Counted from the first letter of the stretch, positions 14,631-31,248 are shown. The stretch: DNA of 64,000 bases from Octopus vulgaris (GCA_951406725.2 OX597830.1:37944001-38008000); one strand, 5' to 3'. Program-made: numbers and translations. Notes: generated by a model not told the origin, from the sequence alone.

Positions 14631-14668
14631 AGGCCGCTGCATATCGAATATAATTCAATATATTACTC

Positions 14669-14710
<42 letters not shown>

Positions 14711-15455
14711 TTCCTTATCGTGTCCGAATGTAAAGGTTTTGAGCTTTGTATACTATCCTTTTGTAATTACAATGGGTCCTCCTTTAACATCCTCTTCTCT
14801 CAATATTTTCTGTAGTATCTTGAATTCTAACTACTGATAACGCTGATACGTTTCTCCTACTAAAAGTTGTGTTGAATTAATGTGAAACTTAGATGATCCC
14901 CTGCAAATATAAGTTGATTATTCGAGTCTGTTGATTCTTCACCTCAACCTCGTCTTTCTGTTCAAAATTTCGAACTTTTTCAAGATTCGTTTTGTAGTCA
15001 ATATACTTTCTGCATCACCTGATTTGCTTCACTCTTAAATGTTTGTTTTATCATCTAGCTCAGTAGTTCTATGAGTTCTGCGATTCTCTGCCTATTATAG
15101 CACAATGTAGGCCATCATCACGAGCTCTGTCAATGACCTATTTCTATTACGGTTTTGCTTTCTCAGTCTTTCTTTTTTCCACCTCATCTACATTCATATT
15201 TCTTTCTGTATTCCTATGGAAATTACCATCTTATACTTATTCTATGTATATCTAAGAAGTGAATATACAGTCTAATTTTCTTTTGCGTCTACTTCTTGCT
15301 CATAGATATATTATCCATGGCTGAATGCTATCTCTATTTCCCTCTTGCTCTTTTATCTTTATCGAACAGTTAACACTTTTATAATATTAAAACATTTATC
15401 TAAGTGGTTCAATCAAAGCGCTACACAACACAAATATCTCTCTTCCCCATCTCCC

Positions 15456-15517
<62 letters not shown>

Positions 15518-15519
<2 letters not shown>

Positions 15520-15660
15520 CTATGAGAGGTAATGGTGTCAAGAAGACCCAAAGGTGGCAGGTAATGCTGAGTAAGTGTTATGGACAGAATATAGTTAAGC
15601 TCCAGATTCGGTGATAATGCGAATGAGGAGTCCAACATAGGCCATGTATCAGCATGCGTA
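15518..15660 (+). repeat. Unclassified short repeat in TA/CA microsatellite, homologous to 42954-43090
   Basis: atgagagg..tgg..c..gaagacccaa...gcaggtaa...ggagtc.aaca...gcatgc is shared between the two loci. Confidence 0.6.
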
Positions 15661-17397
15661 TACACACATATATATATATATATATAACACCGGACTGGCT
15701 GCTTCAACTAAATCAGGCTTAACCCTGGCTTGCTTCGTTGCTTTTTCTATTAGAATAAGTTATTTATGAGCAAACACTTTATCAAGCGAATGAATGGATT
15801 TCCATATATTGCAAATTAATCGCATAAGTCTACGAAGTAATATCTAGTACAGAAATAGTGCTAATTGTAATCATGTATCGAATTGTTTCCATTTAGCATG
15901 AGATTGGTGTTTGCGTGACAAAAGCCATATGAAGTGAGAATTACTCTGTAAGAGTTTCGTAAAATCTTCAACTTTAGTGTTAAATCACTCACCAATTCAT
16001 CGGTGCGATATAATCCGGCACTGATTCTATTGATTTAGCAAACATTTGTGGTATGTGTAGTTGTGTAATTGCCATGAGAAAATCATTTTGCAGAGGAAAA
16101 CAAAAAAGAAAAGTCTGGAAGAATCGATAAAATACTGACAATAGGACTGAACATTTATGGATATTATATAAGTTAACCGTACTAATGTAATTGTAAGGTA
16201 TGACTAGTTTGTGAGTTCATACCTTCGTTCAATCAGAGCCGTTTAGTAAAGTCCGTATTGGTTTTCATAAATTGCACAATTTCCGATCAACTGTGTATTT
16301 ATGTCGTCTTCTGGCACATATTCTTTGCTCTGTCCAAATTTTTGCATTAATATCGCCTGAATCTGTAGCAGTTTTATTTATTGCTCTGCTGCAGAACATA
16401 ATCTTTCTTTTGGAATTTCCAACGTGTGTGCATATTTGGTAATTTTGCCGGTCATTTGTCTTTCGGTTCTAACAAATGTCGTACAGTGAAATAAATTCGT
16501 CCTTCAGCAGGTGTGTTGAGTAGATATTGCAAATATGTATTCCGTGCAGCTATAATTAAAAGCGTTCTCAAATTTGTCACCAATATAGAAGAGTTGTTAA
16601 GAAATCTTTTAGCGTCCACCATGTTAGAACAAATGTCCGTGTGAGTAACATTTCAGCTTTGTGATCTATTTTCTAGCATAATAATTCATAATAGACTACG
16701 ACTGCAAGAGTGAAAAGATTAGTGTCAGCTGCAGGGTTTCGTCTCCTTAGGTATACACATGAACATTATTATACCGCCAGTGCACGTAATATAAAATATG
16801 TGCTAGTTCCTTTCGGGTGTTTTCGTGTGAGTATGTTGCATGAAAAATGTCAATAATAGAGAAGGTCATCATATCTAGAATGCACTGTAAGAAGAGTTTT
16901 AGTATAAAGGTTAGGTTGGGTAGCTGAAACATCGCATTAGGCCTAATTACAGATTAACGTAAAACATACAATGTGGGATACAGTGGTGGACTAAGTGTCG
17001 TGAACGAATTGTTTAGGAGAAGTTAAGGGTATGAATAAAATGATACGAGAAATTTCAAACGAGTGTAAATATATAATTCTTAATTGTAGCCTTCCGTACA
17101 TATCGCTTTGTCCGTTATTCTATATGTATATATACATACCGTCTCTGACACACACGTCCATATGCACGCATACACGCACACACATACACAAGCAAACACA
17201 TACACAAGCAAACACATACACACACACAGACAGACAAACGCACATATATATAGAGAAAGAAATATTCGTAAAGTTGTCGGGTAATGCTTCTTTAAAAATA
17301 ATAATAGAATAAACATTTTAATGTATCGCGCTTCTATTTATGTTAAATATAATATGCTCAATACCATTCTTATAACCTCTGTCAATGTGTGTATTTG

Positions 17398-17428
<31 letters not shown>

Positions 17429-18584
17429 AAGTGTATGTGACTATATATAATCATCTGTACATGTGTATTTGTGAGAGTGTGGGAGTCTTTTGCCTGTGTA
17501 CGCACAAATAATTCTGCTACCAAGTTGACATTCCGTCATTTCCCATCATTTGTCAGTAATTACTTTCCTTTGACATTTTGCACACACACTTGTTTGTATG
17601 GTAGACCAAAAGTATTTCTCCACACGATATAAAAACCACTTTTTATGCATTGTTTCTGGAATAGTGATTAAAATCCGTATATGACGTACACATCGGTGAG
17701 TGTAAATACACAAGACAGGAACAGGAAAGGAAAAATGACAGGAAAGAAATTTCGAAAAATACGCGCATACATATACGCTCACATAGAAACTCATACACCA
17801 CATACGCATGCGCACAAAAACTCGTAAACTCACACACATACGCATGATTCAGTGTATTTGCGTGGGGCCACATATGTATACACTTGTTTAAGCAGATTAT
17901 TTATAACAGTGTAACCTAAAAATAATGCTACTTATTTATACATCATTTTGTTTCGCTTTTTCCAAAATACAGGAAACAAGTGTTTTGTGTCTAACCGCGT
18001 TTCTCTTATTCCTGTATTTACATCATATGACGCAATCAGCAACCTTATTTATATAGCTATTCAACCTTATGTATATAAATATTCAATTGGTTCTCTTTAT
18101 TTTCATGAATATAAACAAAGGCCCTTCACATTCTGAAAAAAAATGTAAAGTAAACTTATGAACTACTCTTAATATATTTCCCATATATTCTTATACAGAG
18201 TGTAAATTGTGTTCATATGGCCTTAAATTTCGTTTCGCAGTCAGATGTTTCATGTTTTGACCGTAGATTTAGCTGCATCAAACTCAGCATAATTAACAGT
18301 TGAGTATAATTTTAAAACAAATGCATTTGTATTTGTACAAAACGAATGCAATTTTATTTATACACGAGGTCATTATTTTTTCTTTCTTTCTGTTGCTTGT
18401 TTGATTCATTAGATCACGGCCATGATGAGACTCCGTCTTCACGGTTTTAGTGTATCAAACAATTATTTTCGTTTTAAGCCAGGTACTTACTCTAGTTCGG
18501 AGATATAGAACTGAACCAAGTATCATATGGTTGGTAGGCAAACATCTTACCACCACGCATCCTCACTTATAAGTCTATGTATGT

Positions 18585-18631
<47 letters not shown>

Positions 18632-18633
<2 letters not shown>

Positions 18634-19640
18634 AGCTAAATGTCCCCCGTCCAATGGATGGTTGTCAAATATTTAAACCAATTTTTTTCAAAACAACTTG
18701 TCCGACCGTCCCATAGGCCCCCCCTTTGAGAAACACTGATTTAGCCTGAAATTGAGACACCAGCAAAATAAGAAATAAAGATAGACTTTTTCCTATTCCA
18801 ATGATAAACGGCTTTATTAACACAAATATGCAACCGAAGAATTGAAAGTACCAGTAATGATAAGGCTGTTGACTGGGAGAACACAAACATGGTTTAAACA
18901 GTAAGCTTGGCAGGAAAGAAACGTGCCTTACAAAAGCAATACAAAATCAAGAAAGAATAGAAGGTGAAGTTATGTACAGGCTGACGGAAGAAAAGCAGGA
19001 CAAAAACGATGCATGCAAATGGGTTAGCTGGAGGTAAATCTAGATGGAAAAGCATTATGAATTTATGAGAACGTACCTGGGACAATAATACGTTTATCCG
19101 ATAAAACATGTAGGAAATCGACTTGGGGCGATTGCTGATGAAAAACAAACAACAACTTAGGGAACTAAGTAATTAATTTTAAGCTGACATACTTTACGGG
19201 ATGTTCAAGGACATGGAAAAGCTAGTGGAGGGCAGCCTTGTAAACCACATTCCTTGTTACTCCGTTTGGAGCGTAGTAGAATAGGTTTGTCGAACAGCCA
19301 ACCCTCAAACATCCCACATACAGTTGTCCGTGCGAAAAGCAGGGAGTGCTGAGGTACAACCCCAGCCGGATTTTTTTGCGCAAACTGAACGTGCATTTTT
19401 CTCGCGTACGCCTAGTACCGATCGCAACAGCTGATGTACTTGCGCGTACAAATTCACGTTCCCACGGCTTTATCGATCGCATTCTCACCTAGAAGCGATT
19501 TTTGTATTTTTTTCAAAACTTATACACGCCCTGATACCGTCGGTATCTACATATCAAATTTGAGCGCAGTCGGATGGAGGATGCCCGAGATCCTTGAAGA
19601 CACACAGAGAGACAGACAGAACGGATTTTATATAATAGAT
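18632..19640 (+). mobile_element. Helentron/HINE (DINE-1-like) non-autonomous element, probably composite
   Basis: 3' part caaatttgagcgcagtcggatg...gacagacagaacggattttatataatagat resembles HINE ends. Embedded in (TA)n. Confidence 0.5.
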
Positions 19641-19642
19641 GT

Positions 19643-19732
<90 letters not shown>

Positions 19733-20336
19733 CAAAATTAGAGAATGGAGAAACATACTTAAATCAATAAAACATCAACTATCAGATGATACCCAATCAA
19801 TACTTTAATACACCATTACATATCAGTAAAGGCTTTATACAAAATATACAGTAAGAGTAAATAGACAAAGAGATATAAGTATAAAATTTCAAATATAATA
19901 TGTAATTAAATCAAATCTGACAGCTGTTTCGGCAGTGAGGGCAGTCATACCATGGTGGGTTGAATTTTCAACCCCTATCTCATTTTATATATATATATAT
20001 ATACACATACATATAGACACACGTATATATGCATTTAATAGTTCTAACTAGCCGAAATGTACAAAGTCATTATAAACGGCCATATCATATTTCGGGCATA
20101 TCAGTTTGGTGAGTGGATGCATGCACAAAAGTCAGTTTTCGCTGGGACATATTCGTAGTCACTGCTGATAAGAAATAAAAAAAGGTATATATAACATTGT
20201 ATGAAGTTCTATTTCGGTCTACGCACAAACATACACGCACAACACACACAGATATACATTAATAGATATATTTATTACGGAGATGTACTTCCATAGTAAG
20301 TGATCAGATCTGAGATCGTATGCTGAAACAAAAATA

Positions 20337-22469
<2,133 letters not shown>

Positions 22470-22488
22470 TATATATATTTATATATAC

Positions 22489-22557
<69 letters not shown>

Positions 22558-23467
22558 CAGATATATATAGAGAGAGATACATACATACATATGTATATGT
22601 ATATGAAAGACAGCGAGAGGGGGAGAAATAGATATGTATCAACAGATATACCCATGGCAATATATGACGGGATTATACAGTCACCTTTCCTTTAGAAGCG
22701 TCCACTTAGAAATCATTAGTATGCCCAGACCTACAACAGAAAACATTTACCACAGATGCCGTGCAGTGGCATGAATAGCAATCCACGAGGCTACGAAACG
22801 TTCTTCATAACCAAACATGTGCGTACTGTTTTATTTATTTATTTATTTATTTTTATCTTTATTTTTATTTACTTATTTGTTATACCGAAAATACTTACAC
22901 GCGCCGAATATCAATGACATCCGCCGGTTTAAAAAACATCTATCCTCTTCATCATTAATCATAGTTCCCATAAAGATAGCAGGAGTCTAACATTGAACGT
23001 TTCTATTTAAACCATTTAAACGATCTCTATGTCTTATCATATATATTACACGTTGCTGTAAATATACTCTCATGCAAATTTAGACCGCTGCGATAAATCA
23101 TTGAGAGGAATTTCGTTCGCCAATTGTTATTTATGCACTCCAGGAAAAATAAAAGCGCTTAAGACCAGACATGGTAAGGAAGTTTTGATTATCTGTACGC
23201 AAAAACCGTGTGGTTATGATTTTAATCTTAGGTTGCTATACCATAGTTCTGCGATTGTTACTCTAGGTTCGTAGTTATGACTATTTTTGAATTCGCAAAA
23301 ATTTGTGTGAATGTGTGTATACGTGCGATACTGCTCGTCAACATATATTCAGATATATTGCTTGAAATATGTCACGCACGTGCGTGTGTGTGTGTGTGTG
23401 TGTGTGTTTATATGTGTGTATGTATGTATGTATGTGTGTGTTTATATGTGTGTATGTATGTATGTAT

Positions 23468-23532
<65 letters not shown>

Positions 23533-23605
23533 GGTCCCGGGTTGAGTCGGGGTTAACCACAGTAAATAAGGTACTCAATACATAGCAGAGTAAATTAATT
23601 TATTA

Positions 23606-23716
23606 TATAGAAGAAGCTTCTACAGGACTAGAACTGTTTCATTCAAAAGAAATCATCAGGAAGCTTCCTGATGATTTCTTTTGAATGAAACAGTTCTAGT
23701 CCTGTAGAAGCTCCTT

Positions 23717-23721
<5 letters not shown>
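23606..23721. ncRNA. Near-perfect palindrome encoding back-to-back hammerheads (+23662-23712, -23613-23667)
   Basis: AGCUUC-CUGAUGA-UUUC uuuu GAAU-GAA-ACAG uucuaguc CUGU-A-GAAGCU. Palindrome centre is gaagcttc at 23660-23667. Confidence 0.75.
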
Positions 23722-23765
<44 letters not shown>

Positions 23766-24479
23766 ATATATGGATGTATGTATGTATAAATGAATATGTA
23801 TATGTCAACACCCACACACTATTTCCTACGACTAGCTTCCCTTCTAAATCAATATAAGCACGACATTTTTTATTTCATCTTAAAATCAAAAATAAGTAGT
23901 GAAAATTAGCTGCGACAGCATATAATGTTGACAGGAATTTAGTTGTAATATATAATTTGAAATAGCTGAAAAATATTGAAAGGGTATATTTAACATTGAC
24001 AGTTCTTTTCTTGCAGGTAAAACAACTAAATTATATAAATGAGAGCAATTACCATCTGAAACTGACTTTGGTTGTGTCTAGTCATAACGGCTCCACCTTT
24101 CTAAATATTCATTATTCTAACCATGGGCTAGTAAACGTTGCGGATTATTTTTTCAATGGATCTGTGTATTGTTGGTTTGGAATAGATTCACTTCTAATAT
24201 CGTGCAAACCACCGAATATGATTTTGTTAAAAGAATCAAATTTATTTTCGTCGTTCCATCGCATAGTAAATTTTTCCTTGTTTTTAAATATTTTTATATG
24301 CGTAGGTTTAATATAACAGAAATACTGCCAATATGCGTAGGTTTAATATAACAGAAATACTGCCAAAGAATATCTCCCTATAGCAAATGAAATTTGCAAG
24401 TGCCAGGAATGTGAAACCATAGCCAGTTTTCTAAAACGCTGTTCTAAAGTATATTTATTATTCATTTCTACTCTAGGCA

Positions 24480-25000
24480 GAATTCTCGAAATTTTTATGG
24501 AGGGGGAAACGGCCCAGAATGGATGAAAGGTAAAGTCGACCTCGGCGGAATTTGAACCCAGAACGTAAAGACAGACGAAATACCTATTTCTTTACTCCCC
24601 ACAAGGGGCTAAACACAGAGGGGACAAACAAGGACAGACAAACAGATTAAGTCGATTATATCGACCTCAGTGTGTAACTGGTACTTATTTAATCGAGCCC
24701 GAAAGGATGAAAATCAAAGTTCACCTCGGCGGAATTTAAACTCAGAACCTAGCGGCAGAGGAAATACCTATTTCTTTACTACCCACAAGGGGCTAAACAC
24801 AGAGAGGACAAACAAGGACAGATAAAGGGATTAAGTCGATTATGTCGACTCCAGTGCGTAACTGGTACTTAATTTATCGACTCCGAAAGGATGAAAGGCA
24901 AAGTGGACCTCGGGAGAATTTGAACTCAAAACATAACGGCAGACAAAATACGACTACGCATTTCGCCCGGCGTGCTAACGTTTCTGCCCGCTTGCCGCCT
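24480..25000 (-). mobile_element. SINE family B with tandemly repeated 3' module
   Basis: One head ending at about 25000. The gaaaggatgaaagg.aaagtcgacctcggcggaatttgaact module occurs three times. Confidence 0.85.
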
Positions 25001-25464
25001 TGAAGTATATTTATTATTGACTGACTACATACAGATTGAGTTTACTGAAAAAGTGAAACTGAGGAAAAAATTTATGGTCAGCTGTGAGTTTCAATGGTTA
25101 ATCATATATCACTATAAGTCTTTACAATTATTACCCACTACGGTAATCTATCGTCCTTATTGCCTTAGCCAAAAATTCAAGTTTATAAATCATCTTCAAT
25201 ATATTTGAGAGCTTGACTGGAATTTTCAATCATCAAAACAGAAATACTAACGTTCATACGCCGAAAGAGATTGAATCTTTCAATTACTTATCAGCGATTG
25301 TAGCCACTTGAGAATTGCTCCCCACCAAAGCAGAGTGCAGGAGCACCCCACTAAAGCAGAGTGCATAAGCTGCTTAAAAAACATCCGTGCAACAAATGCT
25401 AATACTTTTGATGTGCACGTGTATGAATATTATTTCTGTATGTACATAGGCATGTATCACGCCC

Positions 25465-25621
<157 letters not shown>

Positions 25622-25698
25622 GTGTATGTGTGTGTGTATAATATGTATATATATATATATTAGATATATATATGTGTCTCTGTCTATCTATCTATCTA

Positions 25699-25870
<172 letters not shown>

Positions 25871-26156
25871 CAGAAATCACTTGGATAGTATAAGAGCTCA
25901 CGGCTTAAATTATAACTGTGACTTTGTGCCACCTAACATCCCGCAGTGTATACATAGAAATTCTTACAGTAACTTTAATTAGTCCGATGAGACGGCTGGC
26001 GGATACCTACTAATTAACTAATTAATTAATTAGTGTATGGATTTGCATCATTTCCAATGCAGAATGTGTAAATTGATGAAATGGTCCCAGCAGCCATAGA
26101 CACATTTGTATTCATTATGTCAGTGTCATCACCTTCATATATATATATATATATAT

Positions 26157-26750
26157 ATACTGGCTGTGGACGGTATTTGAGGACGCTTGCCTTTTTAGTC
26201 ATTATTTTATTTTTATTTAACTTCACTTTCAGAAAATAACAATAGCAGGCCCTATGCTTACTAATGAAGTAAAAAGATATGCTATGATTGTGTCTTTGAA
26301 GGCTAAGAATGGTGATTTAGAAATTTCTCGTTTTCTGTAAGTTGCAATATTATTTGTCCACAGGATTCTGTGTCAGTTATAGAAAGAAGATGGAAGTGTA
26401 TTAGCTGTTTTAAAACGTAGAAAACATTCCCCGCTCTCTGATTCTATCAGGGCACCTGAATCTATTGGGGAAGTTAAGCCAAACTTTGAAGACAATCCAG
26501 TAAAATCAATGAGTTGAATTGCAAAACAATTTTTGTGTGTTGGGAAAAAATCAGAAGTGTAGTGCATAAAGACATCACATACAAATATTACGTGATGAGG
26601 AGGGGTCGATTCATGTTAGAAAAACACAAAGGTAAACCGTTTAATCAGATCCAAAAGGCTTTTGAACAAACTTGAAAATTCCATTAAAAGACAGTGTGAT
26701 TTGTTTTTGTCATGAGAAAAACTTTGACCAGGGCCAGAAAACTAAGAGGC
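26157..26750 (+). mobile_element. Tc1/mariner-superfamily transposase N-terminal remnant
   Basis: Broken frames read KRYAMIVSLKA..LEISRFL, DNPVKSM..IAKQ, VHKDITYKYYVMRRG, RLIRSKRLLNKL and HEKNFDQ (HTH to first catalytic Asp region). Confidence 0.65.
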
Positions 26751-26917
26751 AAAAAAAGGCAGAGAGAGAGGGGGGAAGATGGGAGGGAAAGAATGGGAGA
26801 GAGAAGGAGGGAGGGAGATGATTATGATGATGGTGGTGGTGGTAGTGAATGGATGGTGAAAAGTGTATTTAAAAAAAAATTGAACTAAGTTTTTTTTTAA
26901 ATCACCTATCACTTAAC

Positions 26918-27017
26918 NNNNNNNNNNNNNNNNNNNNNNNNNNNNNNNNNNNNNNNNNNNNNNNNNNNNNNNNNNNNNNNNNNNNNNNNNNNNNNNNNNN
27001 NNNNNNNNNNNNNNNNN
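26918..27017. other. Assembly gap (100 N)
   Basis: Run of N; an identical 22-bp sequence flanks both sides. Confidence 0.99.
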
Positions 27018-27039
27018 TTTAAATCACCTATCACTTAAC

Positions 27040-27411
27040 GCATGCGCATAAGTACAATTCCGTGAAATATTCAAGCTTATTTATGTGGCAAATATATGCA
27101 ATTTAACTAAAGGCTGTATCATGTATACATTTTTTTATGGGAAAGTGGGAAATAAGAGTGAATATTTATTTTATGAGTATTGTGTATTAAGTCCATAAAA
27201 TGCATAAATTAAAAAATTGGCATATATATAAAGTGTATTAAGTAATTATCGTATTCCAATTTCTTTCACTTTTCAATGAGTAGCAGATGAGTTATTATCT
27301 TTCCATACAGACACAACAGAAGCTGAACTTTCAGATTTTTGAGATAAAGTTTTCAGAATTAATCCAATAATTTTACCATTAATTACGTGAAATTCTCACG
27401 GGGCCCGCTAG
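27040..27411 (+). mobile_element. Possible Helitron 3' end
   Basis: Hairpin cgtga..tcacg followed by CTAG|T at 27408-27412. The 5' boundary is uncertain. Confidence 0.4.
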
Positions 27412-28149
27412 TCTAAACTAATACGTTAGACCAACGCTAAGCATCTGCACACGAACAGCAGTTAATCTGTCACACCACTGTTTTTACTACTCCATAACAT
27501 CTATCAAGAAATAAGTGTTCAATGTCCAATATGGCAATATTCAATAATGAAAGGATACGTTTCGATAGGATTGCAATTCATTGTATCTATTCATATTCAT
27601 ACAGAGTCAGGTAGAAACAGTTATTTTATTCTGTAACATTCGTATATATATATATACATTTTCTTTCGACCATTATTCAACTTAGCATCCAGCATTATTA
27701 CATCTGATATCGTGGCGATATCTTAATGCATACTTTTCTGCTTGTTTTTTTTTTCAGTTTACATTGACAGGAACATCAAATAAACCGTTCATAGTGACAT
27801 AATTTCTACTAAGAAATGTTCGCAGTAAAACTAAATATATTGATTCAGGAAGTTGACACACGGTGGACAACATGAAACAGCAATATAAACAACCTAAGTA
27901 GGTGTTGAAAGCAGACAGAAATGTTAGCTTAGAAACAGGGAATTGCTTTCGTAAAGTTAGATTTGATATCTTTTAGTATGATATTATTTAAGAATTTGCA
28001 GAGATCTTGCCAGGCTATGTTGAAATGAAAACAGTTTTAGATTCCGTGTCCATAATTCACCAATTCACCATGATCAGGCTAAGAAACAATCTCCTATGCA
28101 ATCTACACATACATACATACATCTACATAACAGTCCACTAACTATTCTA

Positions 28150-29075
28150 TTTGTATATAAATATAAACTGTCGATATGGGGGTATGATTATCTACTACGT
28201 ATATTTCCTACTTAGTACTGAGAATGTTTGATTTATAAGGAGGTACTCCTGTATTTGTCTGAGTGTAGGTTCCTTCGGGTGCTTGGATAAAATGCGGATG
28301 TCCAGTTGACCTAAATTGCCTCCATTGTTGGTCCTTAGAATGTTGGTAGAGTATGGGGTACTGTTTTCTGTTGCTAAAGTGTCTCAATGTTTCATTTAGG
28401 CATTCCGCAATGCTCCAAGATGTCTCCCCTATGTATGTCATCTTCATGTCTTTACAAGGAACATCTATGCATCTTGTGCTGTAGACTACATTTCTAGTTC
28501 TACTGTCAATGCCAGTGCTAATCCTACATACCATGCAATTATCATTGGTGCATATGGTATTCTCAAAGGTGTACGTCCTTTACGGTTGTGATCTGATGGA
28601 GATCCCTGGCGTTTCAACTATTCTAATGTTGAGTTTCCTCTCCTTCAGAGTTTTCCTAAATCTACAGACAAGTTCTCCATGGGCTGTGGCCTCTACAAAC
28701 ATCACTCATTGATATTTGACGGTTTCATACCACGTGTTTACCCTGTCTACTTTATCACAAACGCTTTGTATCCTATTCCAGTCTTTGCTTCTATATCTAG
28801 GGCAGGTACCAATGGTTTTATTACATATAATATCATCTAACGTCTTTCTAGCATCCCTGTATAGTCGAACCCTAGCTTTCTGATCATATCCAGAGAAATG
28901 CATGCAGTGCATGAAATTCTTTACGTGTTTCTTCGTTGCATAGGGTTTGTATAGTAGGGAAACGTTGTTCATTATCTTAACTGAGTCTTTTATCAGTATG
29001 TTAATTTTCATGTTGTATGACAAAACTTAGTTCTTGTGAACAACATACATCGAAGCTATGGGGTTCATGTAACCC
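28150..29075 (-). mobile_element. Penelope-like retroelement remnant (RT thumb/linker + GIY-YIG), Naiad-like
   Basis: One frame with two stops: FSGYDQKAR..CPRYRSKDW..NTWY..*VMFVEATAHGEL..RIVETPG..CTNDNCMVC..RNVVY..C..PC..TYIGETS. Confidence 0.85.
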
Positions 29076-29451
29076 AAGTAGAATAGTTAGTGGTTAGTGG
29101 GCTGTTTAAGTAGATATATGGATGTGTGTGTGTGTGTGTTTGTGTTTATATATATGTATATGCACATGTATTTAGGCAAATGGACATTAAATTAAACAGA
29201 TAGACATACTGACGGATAAGTACAAAGGTAATATGAACAGAAAAGCATACATACACACACGTACGTAAATGAAGACTGAAACACATGACCATATACACAA
29301 ACACTTCACTTCACACAAGGACACAGTTGGAGACACACGTCCACACATATGGAGATGCACATCCTTACATACAGACACAATACATAGTCACAAAATCCTA
29401 TACACACAGATATACACAGAACGCAGCCTGAATAACGGACAGATTCAACAA

Positions 29452-29488
29452 CTATTGAAAAGTTTGCAAGACGCAAAGAAAATTTTAG
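29452..29488 (+). ncRNA. Hammerhead-like motif, U3:A8 variant (same family as 8903)
   Basis: CUA-UUGAAAA-G-UUUGC aagac GCAAA-GAA-AAUU-U-UAG. Confidence 0.55.
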
Positions 29489-29797
29489 AAAAATAAATAA
29501 GTAAATGAGTGGAAATTTTACCGTTGAGTGTGTTAAAATATAAGGCGCTAAAAGCAAATGACTCTCCACTGACACAACTGCTATTTCCAATAAAAAGTGG
29601 TGCCTTGTTGTACCTCTACTCTATATTCATACTTCTACATTTAGGGTATTTTATTTCACTGGAAAGTAATACTTTGGCATTACAACATTTTATTTTTCAT
29701 TGAAAAATTTCCCCCTGTTCTCGGTGTTAACGGTTATGTGTTCAGGCGAGCATACTGGCATTTGATGCATCAACATTTGAAATATTGCCCAGATATA

Positions 29798-29850
29798 TCA
29801 AGCTGAAGAAGACTAATCAGATTTGGATAGTCCGAAACCTAGGTACTAGA
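29798..29850 (+). ncRNA. Type I hammerhead with palindromic stem III (slightly decayed)
   Basis: UCaAG-CUGAAGA-aGACUA..UAGUCc-GAA-ACCUAGGU-A-CUaGA. Confidence 0.7.
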
Positions 29851-30130
29851 CTATCCGATTCTGTGTTGCCCATTTATCTGATGTTCTTCCTAGAAGTAAG
29901 ACGAATTTTTTAATGTTCGCTGCTCTCGCACGTCTTTACCAGTATCTACATATTGAAGCTTTACTATAGCGTCGTAAATGTATCGACTGCACTTTCCAGT
30001 TTACAGTGGTGCCTTGTTGTACCACTGCTATATATATATATATATGCACACACAAATATACATGTATGTACGTATATGTTTCTTTCTCTCTCTTTGTACA
30101 TATATATATGCATTTGTATATATCTATATA

Positions 30131-30163
<33 letters not shown>

Positions 30164-30607
30164 AATATATATACATATGTGCGTGTATTTCTTTACCTAT
30201 TTTAAGAGTACATTCTTAGACGAGAAGTCAATAGTTTTATACAGAAGAAAAACAAAACAAACAATAAGGAGCATGTATTTATTCAGACACATGTTTCAAT
30301 CTTAAAAGCTTACATTTCTACTTGGCTACATTAGCTTAGATATGACTAGATAAATTGATGCATACTGAACATCACACTCGCAATTTTAAAGAACAGTGAG
30401 TTATGTAGTACAAAGGTCACTTGCCTGTAGCTTTACACAATATAGAAGCAGTATGGAATTAAATTATTGTAATTTTAATTAACATATTCGTTTATGCATA
30501 CAGATGGATTTGTGACCGCATGCAATATTAATGACTTATCAATCCACATACGTATATATTCATCTATCTATTCTTCTATTTATATGTATATACATATATA
30601 TGTGTGT

Positions 30608-30685
<78 letters not shown>

Positions 30686-30692
30686 TATATAT

Positions 30693-31115
30693 AGGCGCAG
30701 GAGTGGCTGTGTGGTAAGTAGCTTGCTAACCAACCACATGGTTCCGGGTTCAGTCCCACTGCGTGGCATCTTTGGCAAGTGTCTTCTACTATAGCCCCGG
30801 GCCGACCAATGCCTTGTGAGTGGATTTGGTAGACGGAAACTGAAAGAAGCCTGTCGTATATATGTATATATATATATATGTAAGTGTGTGTGTATATGTT
30901 TGTGTGTCTGTGTTTGTCCCCCTAGCATTGCTTGATAACCGATGCTGGTGTGTTTACGTCCCCGTCACTTAGCGGTTCGGCAAAAGAGACCGATAGAATA
31001 AGTACTGGGCTTATAAAGAATAAGTTCCGGGGTCGATTTGCTCGATTAAAGGCGGTGCTCCAGCATGGCCACAGTCAAATGACTGAAACAAGTAAAAGAG
31101 TAAAGAGTAAAAGAG
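30693..31115 (+). mobile_element. tRNA-derived CORE-like SINE (family C), full length
   Basis: ggcgcaggagtggctgtgtggtaag...gggttcagtccc...ttggcaagtgtctt, with an (agtaaa) tail. Copies at 47715-48100, 51963-52265 and 62885-63200. Confidence 0.9.
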
Positions 31116-31212
31116 TATATATAGTGAGAATTTGCAAAAGCATAAAAGACGAAGACGGGTGTGTATACACCAAACAGATGGTATTAGTTTAACCCTCCAT
31201 AATTGAGAACGT

Positions 31213-31248
31213 CTTTTACGTTTCGAGCCTATGCTCTTCGACAGAAAG
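31213..31248 (-). ncRNA. Minimal hammerhead-like motif (A6U variant, loopless ACGU stem III)
   Basis: rc: CUUU-CUGUCGA-A-GAGC auag GCUC-GAA-ACGU-A-AAAG. Confidence 0.5.

Noticed and set aside
24121-24270. Signal-peptide-like frame ASKRCGLFFQWICVLLVW after a strong acceptor
   Set aside because: Needs a frameshift to use the ATG and has no good donor.
24480-25000. CRISPR-like array
   Set aside because: Long SINE modules in eukaryotic DNA, with no unique spacers or cas genes.
25977-26015. aattagt-ccgatga...gatacct-actaatt hammerhead-like motif
   Set aside because: Both core segments are mutated and there is no convincing stem II.
28706-28708. In-frame TGA in the Naiad-like ORF as selenocysteine
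   Set aside because: It is not at a Cys-motif position, and the copy also has a TAA and a frameshift, so ordinary decay explains it.
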